This document shows positions 39,501 to 52,894 of a DNA stretch of 64,000 nt, in pieces. This DNA is from Stylophora pistillata (lineage: Eukaryota). The notes under the pieces were generated by a model. The model ran no database searches and was not told where the DNA came from. It saw only the letters and a program-made list of their open reading frames with translations. A program made the translations under genes and the position numbers. Position 1 is the stretch's first letter, and every line of letters starts with the position of its first letter. Location of the stretch: positions 215,422 through 279,421 of the forward strand of contig NW_019218013.1 in NCBI RefSeq assembly GCF_002571385.2, given 5' to 3'.

Positions 39501-39847
39501 TCCGTCTCACAATAACTGGACCAAAGAGAGTACTAGCGAAAAAGAGTAGCGTTTTTTCTCAATACATGGACTGTGTCAAGTACTGCACTTTCAAGGACGA
39601 TTTGTGAAATAAATTATTCACGACGAAGCCTGGAACCAGCCAAGAAAAAACGTGTTGTTTGCGTGAAGTTGCGTGAAATGTCACGTGAAATGAAATCATG
39701 CGAACAGAGTTTTTGGTCAGCGGTTGACAGAAAGAGGTGAAAAAAATGGCGGAAAATTGTAATTTTGTTTGTACCGTTTGAAAGGTTGGTTCTTTGATCA
39801 TTTAAGTTAGATCTTCGGTCTTGTTGTGAAAAATTTCCTATATTACT
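39501..39847. promoter_or_regulatory. Bidirectional promoter PTTG1IP / ARMC6
   Basis: 347 bp between divergent ATGs; GTCACGTGA E-box at about 39680; YY1-like AAAATGGCGG at about 39742. Confidence 0.7.
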
Positions 39848-42800
39848 ATGGCACAACCAAAGCAAATTACACAAGAAACATTTGATGCGGTTGTAAGAGA
39901 GAATATGGAAGAATTTGAAATGGATTTGCACGAGGCCATACAAGATGCGAAGGATCAGTTTAAAACTCAGGGCGTTGACTTGTCAAACTTGATCACATCA
40001 TATATTCAAGATTTAGACACAGGTGAACTTAAACACAGCAATCCTGTGAAAGGTATGTGAGGCTTATATCGGAATAAAGAAAGCAACAACAATAACACCA
40101 ACAACCAAGTTATCATCTCAGCTGTTTTAAAAACTTTAAAAAAATGCTCACTTGAAAGATTTTTTAAAGCACACCAGTAAGTGCAGTATGCAAAAGCTAT
40201 ATACTCACTCTGCTTGCCCATCAGCCATTGGGATCGTGTGTGATGTTGGTAACCTTGATTCATGTAATAAAGTAGGTGATATCTGACAAAGTTGATCCAT
40301 TTATTGGTTGCTAGGTGATCAGTTGTCAGTCAAAAGTCAGCTTATTATGAACTAACTCAGTCAAACTGTACCAAGGGGCACGGTATTAAACGTTCACCAT
40401 GTATTAAGTGTTCAGTCGCCAAAGTCCTGAAATTGTTATCTCTAATTTAAGTAATTTTCACCTCTATTAAATGGTCAAAGTCACCCTTTACTGAGTCCCA
40501 ACAGCCTGCTTGTATTGCCCTTCACCTGTATCAAATGATCACTTAAGGGGGAACAACTCAAGTTAAATTTCAAGGAAATTTTAATTCATGTTCATCTCCC
40601 AAATCAATGCTGATGGTATTTTTAGCAAGTTTTTCTACAGTAAGTGGTCAATCATGGCATAGAATGGTGGCTTTTATTATATACTATAGTAACCCTATTG
40701 TGAAGAACCTGTATGAAGCTGCCACCCTGTAGGTTCAAGGATAGTTTGATCAACAGTTGACAGACATTCCACTGATAATGGTCCATATCTTGGTTGAGAT
40801 GGATGTGGAGATTGAAACATCAGCTACCACTATTTAATTAGCCAGCCATCAGCTGACTGTCAATCAATTATGAACGCATAGCAACTGAGAAATTGATCAA
40901 AAACTGGTTGATTGGTTGATTGATGCACTGACTGATACATAAACTGAGATTGTTCTATTCCACATGTAATGCACATTATGCAGCCATTATTGTTCAAACT
41001 CATGGCTTTTTTGTCGATTTCAAACTGTAGATGCCTTGGACATGATACAGATATCTTTACAAGAGGATGATTTGCAATTACTCTTAAAAGGATTGCAGGA
41101 TTTCTCCACTGAATGCGACAAGAGTGAGGATAACAGAAAATTTGCAGCAAGTAAAGGTGCCTTCAAATTACTTTTCTCCAGTTGCAACCATTGTTACTTA
41201 ATGAAAAACAAAGATAATCTTGCTGCCAGTCTGGATGCCTTGAGCTCATTTTTGTATGGCCAAGGAGATCTTGCTGATGTTAAAATGATCGAATTTCTAG
41301 CAAGCTGTTTAAAAGAACTTAAAGAAGAGGTTTTAGTTGAAAACATTGTGAAAGCTATAAGAGTTGCTTGCATCAAGAGTGAATCGAATCGTCAGACTTT
41401 TGTTGCCAATGGTGTCATACCTTATTTAGTGGCTACTTTGAAAGACTATAGCCAGTCAGGAAGAATTGTGAAGGAAACATGCTTGTCCCTGCGTGTTTTC
41501 ACATTCGATGATGATATGAGTGTAGCTTTTGGAAAAGCTCATGAGCATGCGAAGTTGATTGTGGCAGAAAATGCATTTGGAGTATTGTTGGGTATCATGG
41601 AACATTGCAAAGATGTGGACGTGGCTAGTGAGGTGTGTGTCACCTTGAGTCGTCTGGCAGTAAGGAACGAATACTGTAAGGATATAGTTGATATGGGTGG
41701 ACTGAAAATGGTTCTTAAATTATTACAAGACCATACTTCCAGCCAGGTAGGTAGAAATTTTTGTAATAAGTTTTTCATTTGTGTGTTACATCTGATCAAG
41801 AAGCCCACACAACCAAAGTTGATCGGAAGTTTCAGTGGCATGAAGCAACTGGGAGTATCACTCTTCCTCTTAGATAGGTAATCGTCTATTACAAAATCCC
41901 TCCCACCCCCTCCTCCCCCAGTATCTCATTAGGGTTCCTCAATTGTTCTTTGGTACCCATCTGTACTCCTGGGTGGAAAAAGGTACTGTGAGAGGAAAGT
42001 TACCCATGAACCCTTTGATGCTGAATAACAAAATGCTATGTCAAAGGGTATGTAGTCAACAATGCGGGCTCAAATGTGTGAGGTTTAAAATTTAGCAAAA
42101 TTTAAAACTGAGGCATTTTGTTTTTGTTGAAGGCATTTTCATATTTCCAAAGTTTTTAAGGAGAAAATTAATTATCAAAAATGTTTAGAGAGTGTACAAA
42201 GTTTTTGGAGGTTGTTCTGTAAAAAGAAAAAAGCAGCAAGGAAAACAATGCCATGAAGCAACAGAATAGGAAAACAACCATGCAAATTACTCCAAATTCA
42301 TTTTCTGCACCAAAACTTGGCGCATGTGCACATTTTTTTCAGCTGTCCCCTTAAGGGTGACTGGCTTTTAATTTCTCCTTACAATATCTTCCTTGAATCA
42401 AATGTGAAGGTCACAGTCACCAATTTGAGAACCTCATGATTGTTGAGCAAATTCTCCTTGTTGGCACCCTAGGAAATGCAAAGAGAACAGTGTGGAGAAT
42501 ATAAATACTATGTTAAGGTGTGAAGTGAGCTTGAACCCAGGCCATTTGATTTAGAATGCATTGCCTAAGACTGCAGGTAGACAGACAAAAGACAACAACT
42601 AAGATCAAACCGACAGCATCTTGTTGATGTTGTAACTGCATTTTTACTCCAACTTGTATTGTTTATTACAGAATATTGCCAAGCAGGTGTGCACTCTTCT
42701 CAGAGCCATAGCTGGAAATGATGATGTCAAGACTTCCATTGTTGATGCTGGTGGCCTGGGACTCATTGTTGCTGCCATGACGACCCATGCTAAGCAGGCA

Positions 42801-43137
42801 ACAGTGGCAGAACAAGGATGTGCAGCTCTAGGTTCTATTGCTTTGAGGAGCCCCCCTAACTGCTCAGCTATTGTGGCTGCTGGAGGGGTAGAGGCCATTG
42901 TCAAGGCTATGCAGATTCATCCTGATGTTGCTGGAGTACAGGTAAAAGATTTTCTTGTCAATACATGAAAGGTAATTATTTAACTTCATGGTAGAAGCCT
43001 AGACTTGAGCGGAATGGCGGGAGTAGAGTTTAAGTTAATCACAGTAAGTTGTACTTCAAGACTAAGTTGTGGCTACTAATAATTTAGTCTTGAAGTACAA
43101 ACCATGTTTCTGTTTAAAATTGGGCAGTGGGCAGTAT

Positions 43138-43170
<33 letters not shown>

Positions 43171-43808
43171 TAGAGAAAAAGAACCTCAACATTTATTCCG
43201 CGGAAGTCTGATATTCCCTTAGGTATATCAACCTTCGGCAAGGGGTACAGGTCTGACTTTTTCCAAGAGACAGGCCAGGCGTCAGAATGTTTTCTTTCAC
43301 TGTTTTTTAAATTCTTTTTTTTAATACCTTTGTCTGATTAATTTGGCAAAAAATTGTGCCCGAAACTTTTTTATGGCAGCCTTGGTATCCATGACCCTTC
43401 ACACTGAAATTTTTTCACAAGTTACAAAAGCCTTTTTTTTTGTTGCTTATCATACCAAATAACCTTGTCATACTTAATAAATTTGTTGAACCAAATAGCT
43501 TACTCCTTTTTAGTGGGTGGACCTGCGGTTTAACACTTTGATTGAGTCAAATTTAGGCAGAATGAACTGACTTAATCATTAATTCTTTTCAGAAACAAGC
43601 CTGCCTAGCTCTGCGGAACCTGGTGGCCCGTAACCCTGATCACTGTGACATTATCCTGGAAGCAGGAGCTGAAAGCTTGATCAGGAAAGCGCATGGCAAG
43701 ATGGGTGATTGTGAGGATTTAGCTAAAGCAGCTCTCAGAGATCTTGGTTGTGATGTGGAACTTAAAGAGCTTTGGACTGGAACAGGGCAAGGCAAGGTTC
43801 AATATTGA
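39848..43808 (+). CDS. ARMC6: Armadillo repeat-containing protein 6, about 468 aa, 4 exons
   Basis: Exons 39848-40052, 41031-41746, 42672-42941, 43593-43808. Motifs [81 protein letters not shown]. Confidence 0.95.
42055..42350 (+). repeat. Interspersed repeat, second copy at about 44455-44770
   Basis: Both copies share GGGCTCAA..AAAATTTAGC..GAAGGCATTTTC..TTTTAAGGAGAAAATTAATT..AAGTTTTTGGAGGTTGTTCTGT. Confidence 0.65.
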
Positions 43809-44097
43809 TTGTACCAAGTCAGAGAGAGCTAGAAGCTTTTCAACCAATAAAATGCAAAGATAAAAGGAATTGCCACTTTGTCGATCACAATTTCAACGCC
43901 ATGTACTTGATTTGACTGTAAGTTCTTGTTGGCCTCTGGTAGTCTTTTTTTGGCTATGATAAACTGTTGTAAATACTGAAATAGGTTTTGAATTCAGAAC
44001 ATTACCCCACAAATAACTCTATTGATAATTTTTAAGGTAGGAGTGACTCTTTTAGTGTATTGGTCCCAATAAAAGTACTGATAAATCTGTACTCAGG

Positions 44098-44370
44098 CCT
44101 ATTTGCCCACCCAGCTTATCCCAGTTTCCAGTAACATGAAGCAATTAGGAGTATTACAACTTCCCCTTGGATATGGGATGCTAGTCCACTGCAAGCTTAC
44201 CCCCCAGCATTTTATCAGGCTTCTCTGACAAATTGCCAATACTCATTTACACTCCTGGGTGGAGAGAGGCACTGTCAGAGTAAAGTACAATGATCCAGCC
44301 AAGTCTAGAACCCAGACCTCTCAAACCAGAGTCTAGTGCATTGACAATTAGGTCACTGTGTCTCCCACTC
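44098..44370 (-). mobile_element. tRNA-derived SINE relic (related fragments at about 41820-42000 and 47690-48260)
   Basis: Shared blocks ATGAAGCAA(C/T)TAGGAGTATT..GGATGCTAGTC..ACTCCTGGGTGGAGAGAGGCACTGT(G/C)AGAGTAAAG. Confidence 0.6.
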
Positions 44371-45765
44371 CCAAGGTAGTAGAGTGGTTTACCACAAATC
44401 AACCGAGGAACGACAGAGCTGAATAATGAAATGCTACGTCAGTGGGTTGTGGTCAATAACATGGGCTCAAGTGTCCTAGGTCTAAAATTTAGCGAAATTA
44501 GCGGAAAATAGTAAGGGCTGACTTTTAAAACCAAGGAACTCTGTTTTTGTCGAAGGCATTTTCCTATTTCCAGAGGTTTTAAGGAGAAAATTAATTTTTG
44601 AAAATTCTTAGGGGGTGTACCAAGTTTTTGGAGGTTGTTCTGTGAAAGAAAAGCGGCAAGGAACACAACACCTTGAAGCAACAGAATAGATCATTCATGC
44701 GAACGACTCAAAATCCATATTTCCATGGCAAAATAAAGTGCATGTGTATACGTTATTCAGCTCTGTCCCAAGGAACAGCAAAGTATACATTTGACTGCTT
44801 GCACATTTCTCACTGTGCCAAACTGTGAGAAAACTGAAGACTTACTTTTAGTGCAACCAAGCCATATGAGAATGAATGTTAGTTGGAACTCACCATCAGC
44901 CTGTATTTAAAAATTCTTTTAATCAGGATATTTAACTGCATGAGAGTGTATTAAATTTTTCACAATTAAAAAATCATTCTTGCATTTTGAAACCATATTG
45001 CAGAGTAAATAGTGGCCAAGGGATACTGATCAAGTGTTCAGTACTTCTTCATGAAAAGAAAGAAGTTGCTGAAAGGTTGTAGATGATAGACAAGAGAAAG
45101 AAAAGGGAATGAAAGGGGGCAAGAAAAGTATTTTGCTCACTCACAACCGCACTCCCAAGGCTTTCCCCATCCCAAGTTTTCAAGGGTAAAGCAATGGCAA
45201 CAAGTTTGACCCACCCCCTCCCCTCACCTTTGCAGTTTGGTGAAGCTCCCTCAACCCAACTGCTCATGAGAAGAAGTATGGCTTTGTCGTCCCTAATAAT
45301 GCATAAGCGCTTCAGATTTTGTATTAGCTAAGAAGAAATACTCTAAGGTCCTTACTGCTATGTGTACTTGAACATTTGAGCAAAGCAAAACTCATGAGAC
45401 TAAAAAATGGGCTGTTTCCTTTGAATGGGTTAATAATTCAAAAAGTTATTTGCTGAGGATCATCAGGTCCTGAAACATTTTAATGTTTCATTTTTTTTTT
45501 TTTTTAATAATTCCCCTGATTATGGGACTTCGTGGGAGTGAATGAATTTAACTCTTATTGATTTTATTTCCTTCCATTTATCAGAATATACCCTCTTTTA
45601 TCAGTGCAAGCAACAACTAAACTACCTACAACAATTACAAAAAATTCCTTAAAAACCTTAAAAAATACCCTTCATTTTATAGCCACCAGATACTGAGTTA
45701 AAGTATTGCATAATTTTAAATATTTACTTAAAAGAATTCAAAAATATATTTCAACCTATGGTAAG

Positions 45766-48700
45766 TTAGCTTCCTTTGAAATATTTGCTATAAAACTTTT
45801 GGAACTGTCTTGTTTTGGAGAATCCCACACAAATTAAAACCAAGATATAGACGACCATAATTGAAGCCAATGGATATCGGCATATGAGCCAGTTATGAGC
45901 TTGTGTCCTGGATAAGGAGACAAAAGAAAGTTGACATAAATCAAAATTAGGATAGAAATTTTAATGTGTAAATACATAATAGTTGTTTCCTTAAAGTATG
46001 TTCAGAGATATGAAGACCAGTTTGTCACACAACAGTGGTTATGTTAATCCTTAAATCCCAGTCAAAGTGAACAAAAAGTAATTTCTCCTCTCAAATGTAA
46101 TATATTATCCTGTTAAAAAGTGATGAGAAGCAACAAAATGATCAGCTCAACCTTCCAGGTATTATCCTGACATGGCACCAGCTTCTCTCAACATATTTTC
46201 AAGGAAATGAGAGGCAACAAGATGGGAGAATTGCTCTTTAGATCTTGGAGCTAACCAGTTTACTGGTAGTTCAGACAGACCCCAGAAAGAAGGATACAGC
46301 AGTGAAAGCAACACCAGACAACTTAGTGGAAAATATCAAACAAAATTTTCCCAAACAATGAACATCACAGTTAGAGCAATTTTCAATTGGGTGTAGAAGG
46401 TAATCTGGAATTGCATTAGGGTAGTTTGCTTTACTTCACATTGGGATTGGTCTAGAAAACTCAGGGCTCGACACTAATGGTAGCCCACTAGCCATAGACT
46501 AGTAGAAATTCAGTTTTGGCTGGTGGTTTTATATTTCCACTAGCCATTTTGGCTAGTAAACAGACTGAAATTGTTGTAACATCTAAAAGCATCTAAGATG
46601 TCACTAGCCACTTGGCTAGTAAGTTGAAAAGTTAGTGTCCAGCCCTGAAACTTGTGCCACTCTCTCAACCAATCAGATGCAAAACTAACCCCCCTCACAA
46701 CTTGGTGGCCCTCCTTTTCCCATGCTATAGGCTGTTTGGTCGTTTTTACTTTGAGTTCTCACTGGTTCTTAAATTTTTTCATCTCTTTTAATTGGCTCTT
46801 GTGATTACTTTTGTTTCAGGTTTTATGACACTCAATTCTAAATCGTTCAAGAAGGTCATAGACTATTGTTTGAAGTGTCCTTTCCTGTTTGATTCTCAGC
46901 TTTCCAAGTAACGAGAATTTGCAAATGAGAATATATTTAAGTATCACCTACTTAAAAGAATTAATATTCAGATTTCTGGTTGGAGTAAAAGGATAAATGT
47001 TGTCATAACTGCCACTAATGATTATAACACTACATTTGCTATACCTAGTGGGTGCTTTCTTCTCAGCATACACCAGTACATATTTCACCCTAACAACGTG
47101 GTTGTTTGTAACCACATAATATCTCTCAGGAACATCCCCTCCCTCACTGTTTCTTGCTCTGGCCCTTGAACGATGAAGTCTGTTGTCATTTGTTTTAGAT
47201 TTGATAGTGCACTTCACATCTGGATGGTCCAGGATCTCACAGACAGCCACACAACTTAATTTTTCTCCTATCGTGCTGTTCTTCCACCCTGAACCAAAAC
47301 TACTGTAATTCATACAAACAGTTAGATCACTTGACAGGTAGGTTCCTTCTCCGAAAAATGATGTCTAAAGAAAATGAAGAAAGGTGGTTTAATTGACCAC
47401 TTAATTAAGATCATCGAATAAATGAATGAACTTTATTTATCGTCGATAACGTGGGGAGTGGTCACCCAATCTCCCGAGCCAAGGGCTCATGTATAAAATG
47501 CTCGACTAAAGGAAATACAAATTAAATAATAGATTAATATCATATATGAGATATAAAAGTTCATTAAACTATATACAATAAAGATTGATATAAAAGTTTG
47601 AAAAAAAAAAAAAGAAAAAAAGCTACAAGATACAATGCAGTATATTGATCCATTGGTCTATTCACTGATTGGGTAAAGTCTGCACTGAAGCCTGTTAGCC
47701 CACCCAGCAGGAGTTTATCCAGGTTTCCATGCAGCATAAAGCAACTAGGAGTATTATTTCACCCCTCTGGATGAGATGCTAGTCTTAACAAAATGGTAAA
47801 CAAAATGGTAAACCCCAGCGTACACTGGTAAGTTATGGATGCATGCAGGAGGTTGCTAACCACGAAAGAAGTGTAAGAGTCACACAAGGTGATAGCCGAG
47901 AGTGACTCTAGCTTCTTGAGTGCTTAGCAAACCTCCCTAGTGCATCCATAACTCAATAGTGAACACTTAGGCATTTACCATTTGTTTTATAACATAACAT
48001 TGATACATTGTAGCCAAAGACTTTTCTCTTATTTAACTATGTTATGTGACCAGAAAAAACAAGTGCATGCGGAAAACTAGTCTTTGCATTTGCTCACATC
48101 AGAAGTGTACACCCATGGGCAAATGGTGGACACTGAAAATTGACCAATCAGAGCATGCTTTTACTTTGGTTATGTTATAACATCACTTGGTTACCCCCCT
48201 GCATTTTATAAGGCTTCACTTACAATTCACTGGTACCCAGTGAGGCACTGTGAGAGTAGACCCCCGCTGTATTTTTCCCTTGCTCAATTATTTCTCCCCG
48301 GATCTCCAAGGATGATATTCCTTTGGCCAGCTATTCAGTCAATTAGTTAGACAGTCTGTCAGTCATAATGAATAAAGGGGGTAAGTTTCTAAAGAAACTC
48401 TGGTGCTGCGTTGGTGGGTGTAACAAGGTAATTTGGTAATATCAACTAAGTTGAAATTGTAAATTGGCCACTGTAAAGAGTTAAAAAGCTACATTTGTTT
48501 AGCTATTAAGTTGGTCAGTCACACAATGTACCAGTCAGTCAGACAGTCAGTCAGCCACTCAGCCAGGCAGACAATCAGTCAGCCAACCAGCCAGCCACTT
48601 GATCAGTCAGTCAATCAGTCAGTAAAGCAGTCAGTCAGTCAACCAGCCAGCCAGACAGTCAGTCACTCAGCCATCCAGACAGTCAGTCAGCCAACCAAAC

Positions 48701-49039
48701 AGCCTCTTGATCAGTCAGTCAATCAGTCAGTAAGGCTGTCAGCCGGTCAACCAGTCAGCCAGCCAGTTAGTCAGCCACTCAGCCAGCTAGCCAGTCAGTT
48801 AGTCAGCCAGCCAGCCAGTCATTTGATCAGTCACTTGATCAGTCAGTCAATCAGTTAGCCAGTAAGGCAGTCAGCCAGTAAGCCAGCCAGTAAGCCAGCC
48901 AGCCAGCCTGTCACTCAGCCAACCAGCCACTCAGCCAACCAGCTAGCCAGCCAGACAGCCAGCCAGCCAACCAGCCAGCCTGCCACTCAGCCAACCAGCC
49001 ACTCAGCCAACCAACTAGCCAGCCAGACAGCCAGCCAGA

Positions 49040-49074
<35 letters not shown>

Positions 49075-50270
49075 GCAGCTGGTAAGTCAGTCAGCCAGCC
49101 AGCTTCTTGGTCAGTCAGTCAGTCAATTAGTCAGTCATTCAAAATCTAGCAGAGATCACCTGGCAACTCAACTAAACAAACAGCTAACAAGATTCATAAC
49201 AATAATTTCGCTCTAAAGGCATTAAACTTTTTCAGGAAAATGATTACATGTACTCACTTTGTTAAGATGTGCATGTAATCCATTATTCAAAATAGAATGA
49301 AAATTGTCCACTCTACTACCATGGTAAGCATACCAAACATCACGAGTCTGTGACATATCATCAAACATTGCACTGAGAGTATTTGTCTCACTGTAAACAA
49401 CTTCAAATATGAAGTCAGGTGTGGTGGAACAGTAACTTGCTTGACCAGTTTTTCGCTCAATCTCTAAGAACTGTTGGGATTAATAATAGCCAAAAACAAT
49501 TTGTCGAGGAAATTGAAAAAAAATACTAACATATTACGTAACAGTGTTCACCTTTTCAGGCAGGAAAGCAGTACTACCTCTTGTTGATGCCTTAAGTATA
49601 TGGAGAACAGTTTTACAATTTACAAAAAGACAGAGGCGTCCATAATCAGGCAAATTCATTTTCAAAAGCCTACCACAGATTTCTCAACAGATCTCAGTGA
49701 AAATGTTCTATCCAGTGCCCAGTCCAAGATGTCCCAAGTTTCTTGAGCATAAACCTTACTGGTTTCCGTCAATAGCTTGTCAAATGAAGGAACAATACTG
49801 CAAACTTGAACCTGTGAAAACCAAATTTAGTAGTGCTGCCCATAATGAATTACCACAATTAACCAATGGGAGGCAACCTTTAGAAGAGGTCTCTGAGATA
49901 AATTTTTTCAAAGAGGCCCACAATTTTTTTATAAATCCATCAGATGAAGTCGTCAAAGGTGCTGAAAAAAATAGTGGAAGTAGGGAGAGGGAGGGCGCGT
50001 GGGGGGGAGGGGGGGTTTGGAGTGTGTAGCTTTATAATAAGAGTACAGAACTCTGATTTTCCATTGACCGACACTCACCAGCCTTTGAACATTCTTATCA
50101 CCATCACCCTCCACATACGCAGAAGGAAAGGGTCTCAATATGCTGTCATGTCTGTAACTTTCCAGAGCTACAATAAACAAACTCCACTGTAGATCAGCCG
50201 ATGTGAGGTCAGATTCAAGTCTTTGTAGCACACGTTCCTTTGCCTCTTCACGTTCCATTTTAGCCATCAT
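45766..50270 (-). CDS. PARP16: Mono-ADP-ribosyltransferase PARP16 (ER tail-anchored), about 334 aa, 5 exons
   Basis: Exons 50270-50079, 49811-49674, 49470-49258, 47364-47045, 45907-45766. Motifs ADLQWSLF..ALESYR.DS.LRPFP, YHGSRVDNFHSILNNGL, FGEGTYLSSDL, VPERYYVV (H-Y-Y triad); C-terminal TM. Confidence 0.95.
46462..46647. mobile_element. Non-autonomous hAT-like element with 5-bp TSD (hAT5-like)
   Basis: TIRs CAGGGCTCGACACTAA / TTAGTGTCCAGCCCTG (15/16 match); AAACT is duplicated on both sides. Confidence 0.72.
47831..47953. repeat. Hairpin/inverted repeat element nested in a SINE relic
   Basis: AGTTATGGATGCA..AGAGTCAC / GTGACTCT..TGCATCCATAACT. Confidence 0.6.
48372..48500. mobile_element. 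Truncated copy of the same pLTR family (PARP16 intron 3)
   Basis: Same sequence as 8388-8510, ending before the hammerhead. Confidence 0.6.
48512..49137. repeat. Degenerate (CAGT)/(CAGC) tetranucleotide array in PARP16 intron 3
   Basis: About 620 bp of CAGT/CAGC/CAAC units with some higher-order repetition. Confidence 0.92.
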
Positions 50271-50553
50271 GCAAGAATTTTATTTGGCTATCACCTTTCA
50301 CATGTTTTCCCTTAGCGGCCGGTTACTGAGGCAGCATCTTGGGAATTTGTTTGGAATGGAGTAAGGCCACGTAAACGTCCGCCATCTTCAAAACTATCTC
50401 GCGTAAAGCAGTTTGGGAATATCGGGAATATTCAATCTACTACGAGTAGCCAATCAGAAAGCAGCGCGCTAATGTTAAAAATCGAGAAAATAACTCTTTT
50501 GAGACATTTGCCGGGAAGAACTCCTCTGGTTCGAGTTGCCGCAAGTCGTCGAA
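50271..50553. promoter_or_regulatory. Bidirectional promoter PARP16 / CKS copy A
   Basis: 283 bp between divergent ATGs; YY1-like CCGCCATCTT; CCAAT box AGCCAATCAG at about 50448. Confidence 0.7.
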
Positions 50554-52042
50554 ATGTCAGTAAAGCAAATATATTACTCAGAGAAATATTACGACGACGT
50601 ATTCGAGTACAGGTAAGGATGTTACCAACTCGCTGCTTTATCTCCTCATTCTGTGGCTTGTAAGCTGGTTTTAAAGTGAAAATGGACACAGCTTACACAT
50701 CTTTGCAAATTTTACTTTTTACCTGCATGCTCCTATTTCAAACGTATTGGTTTTCTCTCTAAACCTCCATGCTGCAATTTTGTAGCTGAAGAGGCACCAA
50801 ATAATACTCTCTTTTTACTGTAAACTATCCAGTCTTCGTTTAATTTTTAGCAATAAATAACTGCCGTTTCAAGTCTTGTGTTGCTAAGAGTGGATCAGTT
50901 CAGGTGAAGGTTCGTTAAAAACATGGCGACGTTTCCTTTTTCACGTTGCCTCGCAAGAATGTTAGGTTTTTCGTTAAGCCCGACTTGTGTTGATTATTCA
51001 GTGCTTACTTTTCTAGACATGTCCTGTTACCGAAGGAAATAGCTAAGCTTGTCCCGAAACGGCACCTTATGTCAGAAACTGAATGGCGAAGTCTTGGTGT
51101 TCAACAATCTCAGGGTTGGGAACATTACATGAAACATGACCCAGGTAAGTTTGAAGTTAAGTTTCAAAACGTGCATGTACTCCACTGCCTTTCTTGGTGG
51201 TGGCTCATAATTGATTTCAGTGCCTCTATGAACACGAAACAACCCACAGTCTGGTAGGTCGACATTCACTTGCAAATTGTGACGTTCATCCTCGCTGAAT
51301 TTTTTTAAAACTTTGAAAATTAGCTAGGAGAGCTCTTTTCGTGATTAGTGACTGCCAATAGTATGCTCTCTCCTCTTCTTTTTCTGTTACAGATTCCATG
51401 CAATAACACCCACTTTACAGAGGCAAACATTAAAATCTTTGGCTGTATTTTCAACGAGATTTATGAATACGTGAATATTCCTCCAAAATGTAGCTTTAAA
51501 TTACGAAAAAAAAAAAAAAGAAACTGCCTTTTTATGGTCGTGGGTATGTGCTTGCTTCTCAGTAATACAAAACTCTGTTAATATGAACAATATTTCACAC
51601 CATCAGTTTACCAATTTTTTTTGTGTTGAATGATGTACTGTTTGGGTCCGTTACCCTCTTGGTGTGTGGTTCTTTTCCATATTTAGTTCTTAATTGTTAA
51701 ATCTATAGAAGAGACTTACTTCATGTGATCAAGTAAGTATTGAAAAAACCTTTACTTTACTGGAGTTGAAAGTTTGATCACAATTTTTTAATTAAATTCT
51801 TCAGACTTCCTTTTTTTTCTATTGCTTAAATTGCAGTATATCTGCAAGGATTATTTGTTTGTTCAATTAACAAGTTTGTGGGATCCATTGAAGTGAGTTA
51901 TTAGTGTTGTAAGGGTCTTTTGAAGCTTTAAAAATCAGGGGAGCTGGGTTCATTCAAAGTTCTACTTATGATTGTCTGTGTGCTTTCAGAGCCTCACATT
52001 TTGTTATTCAGAAGAGAAAGGACTGACCTATGCAAGAATTAA
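50554..52042 (+). CDS. CKS1: Cyclin-dependent kinases regulatory subunit (CKS1/Suc1 family), copy A, 79 aa
   Basis: Exons 50554-50612, 51017-51144, 51990-52042. Protein [79 protein letters not shown]. Confidence 0.95.
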
Positions 52043-52725
52043 AACACAAGCATCCCATTGTATTAACTGTTAATGGAATGAAGCTGGAACATTGTACTTG
52101 TCTAAGGCTTGTCTCTGCATTCAAAATAACAAATTTCATCATATGAAGATTATGATGTCAATTTCCAGAGTTCATTTGAATTGTTCAATTATACAAATGT
52201 AATTGATTATTTGTTTCATAAATTTATAGTTCAGATAAATGAGTTCCAGGAACTTTATAGTGTACAACATAATTTATTCACTTCAAATTAATTATTTGAC
52301 AGCACTTTTGAGCTTCTTTACATAAAATGTACTGCTTGCTTAGCTTGCTGCATTAAAGGAAGAACAAATGTAAATCTAATGATTAAATTTTGTTCAGAGT
52401 TTTGCATACCTTTTTTTGCATGTCTAAAGGCCATCATAAATGCCATTGATGGATAAATTGAAGTTTTTATCTATCTTTGAAGTGCAAGTTGTGAAAATGT
52501 TTGTTTGGCTGCAAAGGAACTCACTGTCTATTGAGTTTTGAAGCAGTCATGCTCTCGACAACTTTTGGCCCCTTTTCATGAGCCAAGGTTGAATCACTAC
52601 AACCAGTTGACAAGGCTAAAAATGAACCTTTGACATTATTTCGGTTGCCAGTCTGCACTTGCTCAAGGTTTGCTATGAGCCTGACTTTACTGAGCCTAAA
52701 ACCCAAACTCAGGAAAACCAGAATA

Positions 52726-52894
52726 TATACTGAATGCAAATAATTTTTATGGTGTCCAATTTGAATTACCATTGTTCTGGACTGACTAGCCTCCCATACT
52801 TGTAATAATCCTTTTGTGTTTCCACGTGAAGACGAGGCTGGTCAGTCCAGAACAATGGCAATTCAAATTGAACGCCATATTTGCATTCAGTGTA
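52726..52894. mobile_element. TA-flanked hairpin MITE between the CKS paralogues
   Basis: Arms ACTGAATGCAAATA..TGGTGTCCAATTTGAATTACCATTGTTCTGGACTGACTAGCCTC / GAGGCTGGTCAGTCCAGAACAATGGCAATTCAAATTGAACGCCATATTTGCATTCAGT. Confidence 0.65.

Noticed and set aside
39157-39549. 130-aa Val-rich ORF on the + strand
   Set aside because: It is the antisense shadow of the Thr-rich PTTG1IP exon.
48511-48858. 115-aa Q/S/V/P-rich ORF
   Set aside because: It is a translation of the CAGT/CAGC microsatellite in a PARP16 intron.
48512-49137. Repeat array considered as a CRISPR-like structure
   Set aside because: There is no constant repeat with unique spacers and no cas genes, and the context is eukaryotic.
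49441-49470. Suspected frameshift in PARP16 exon 3
   Set aside because: Recounting the T run (5 T) keeps the frame open through the HGS motif.
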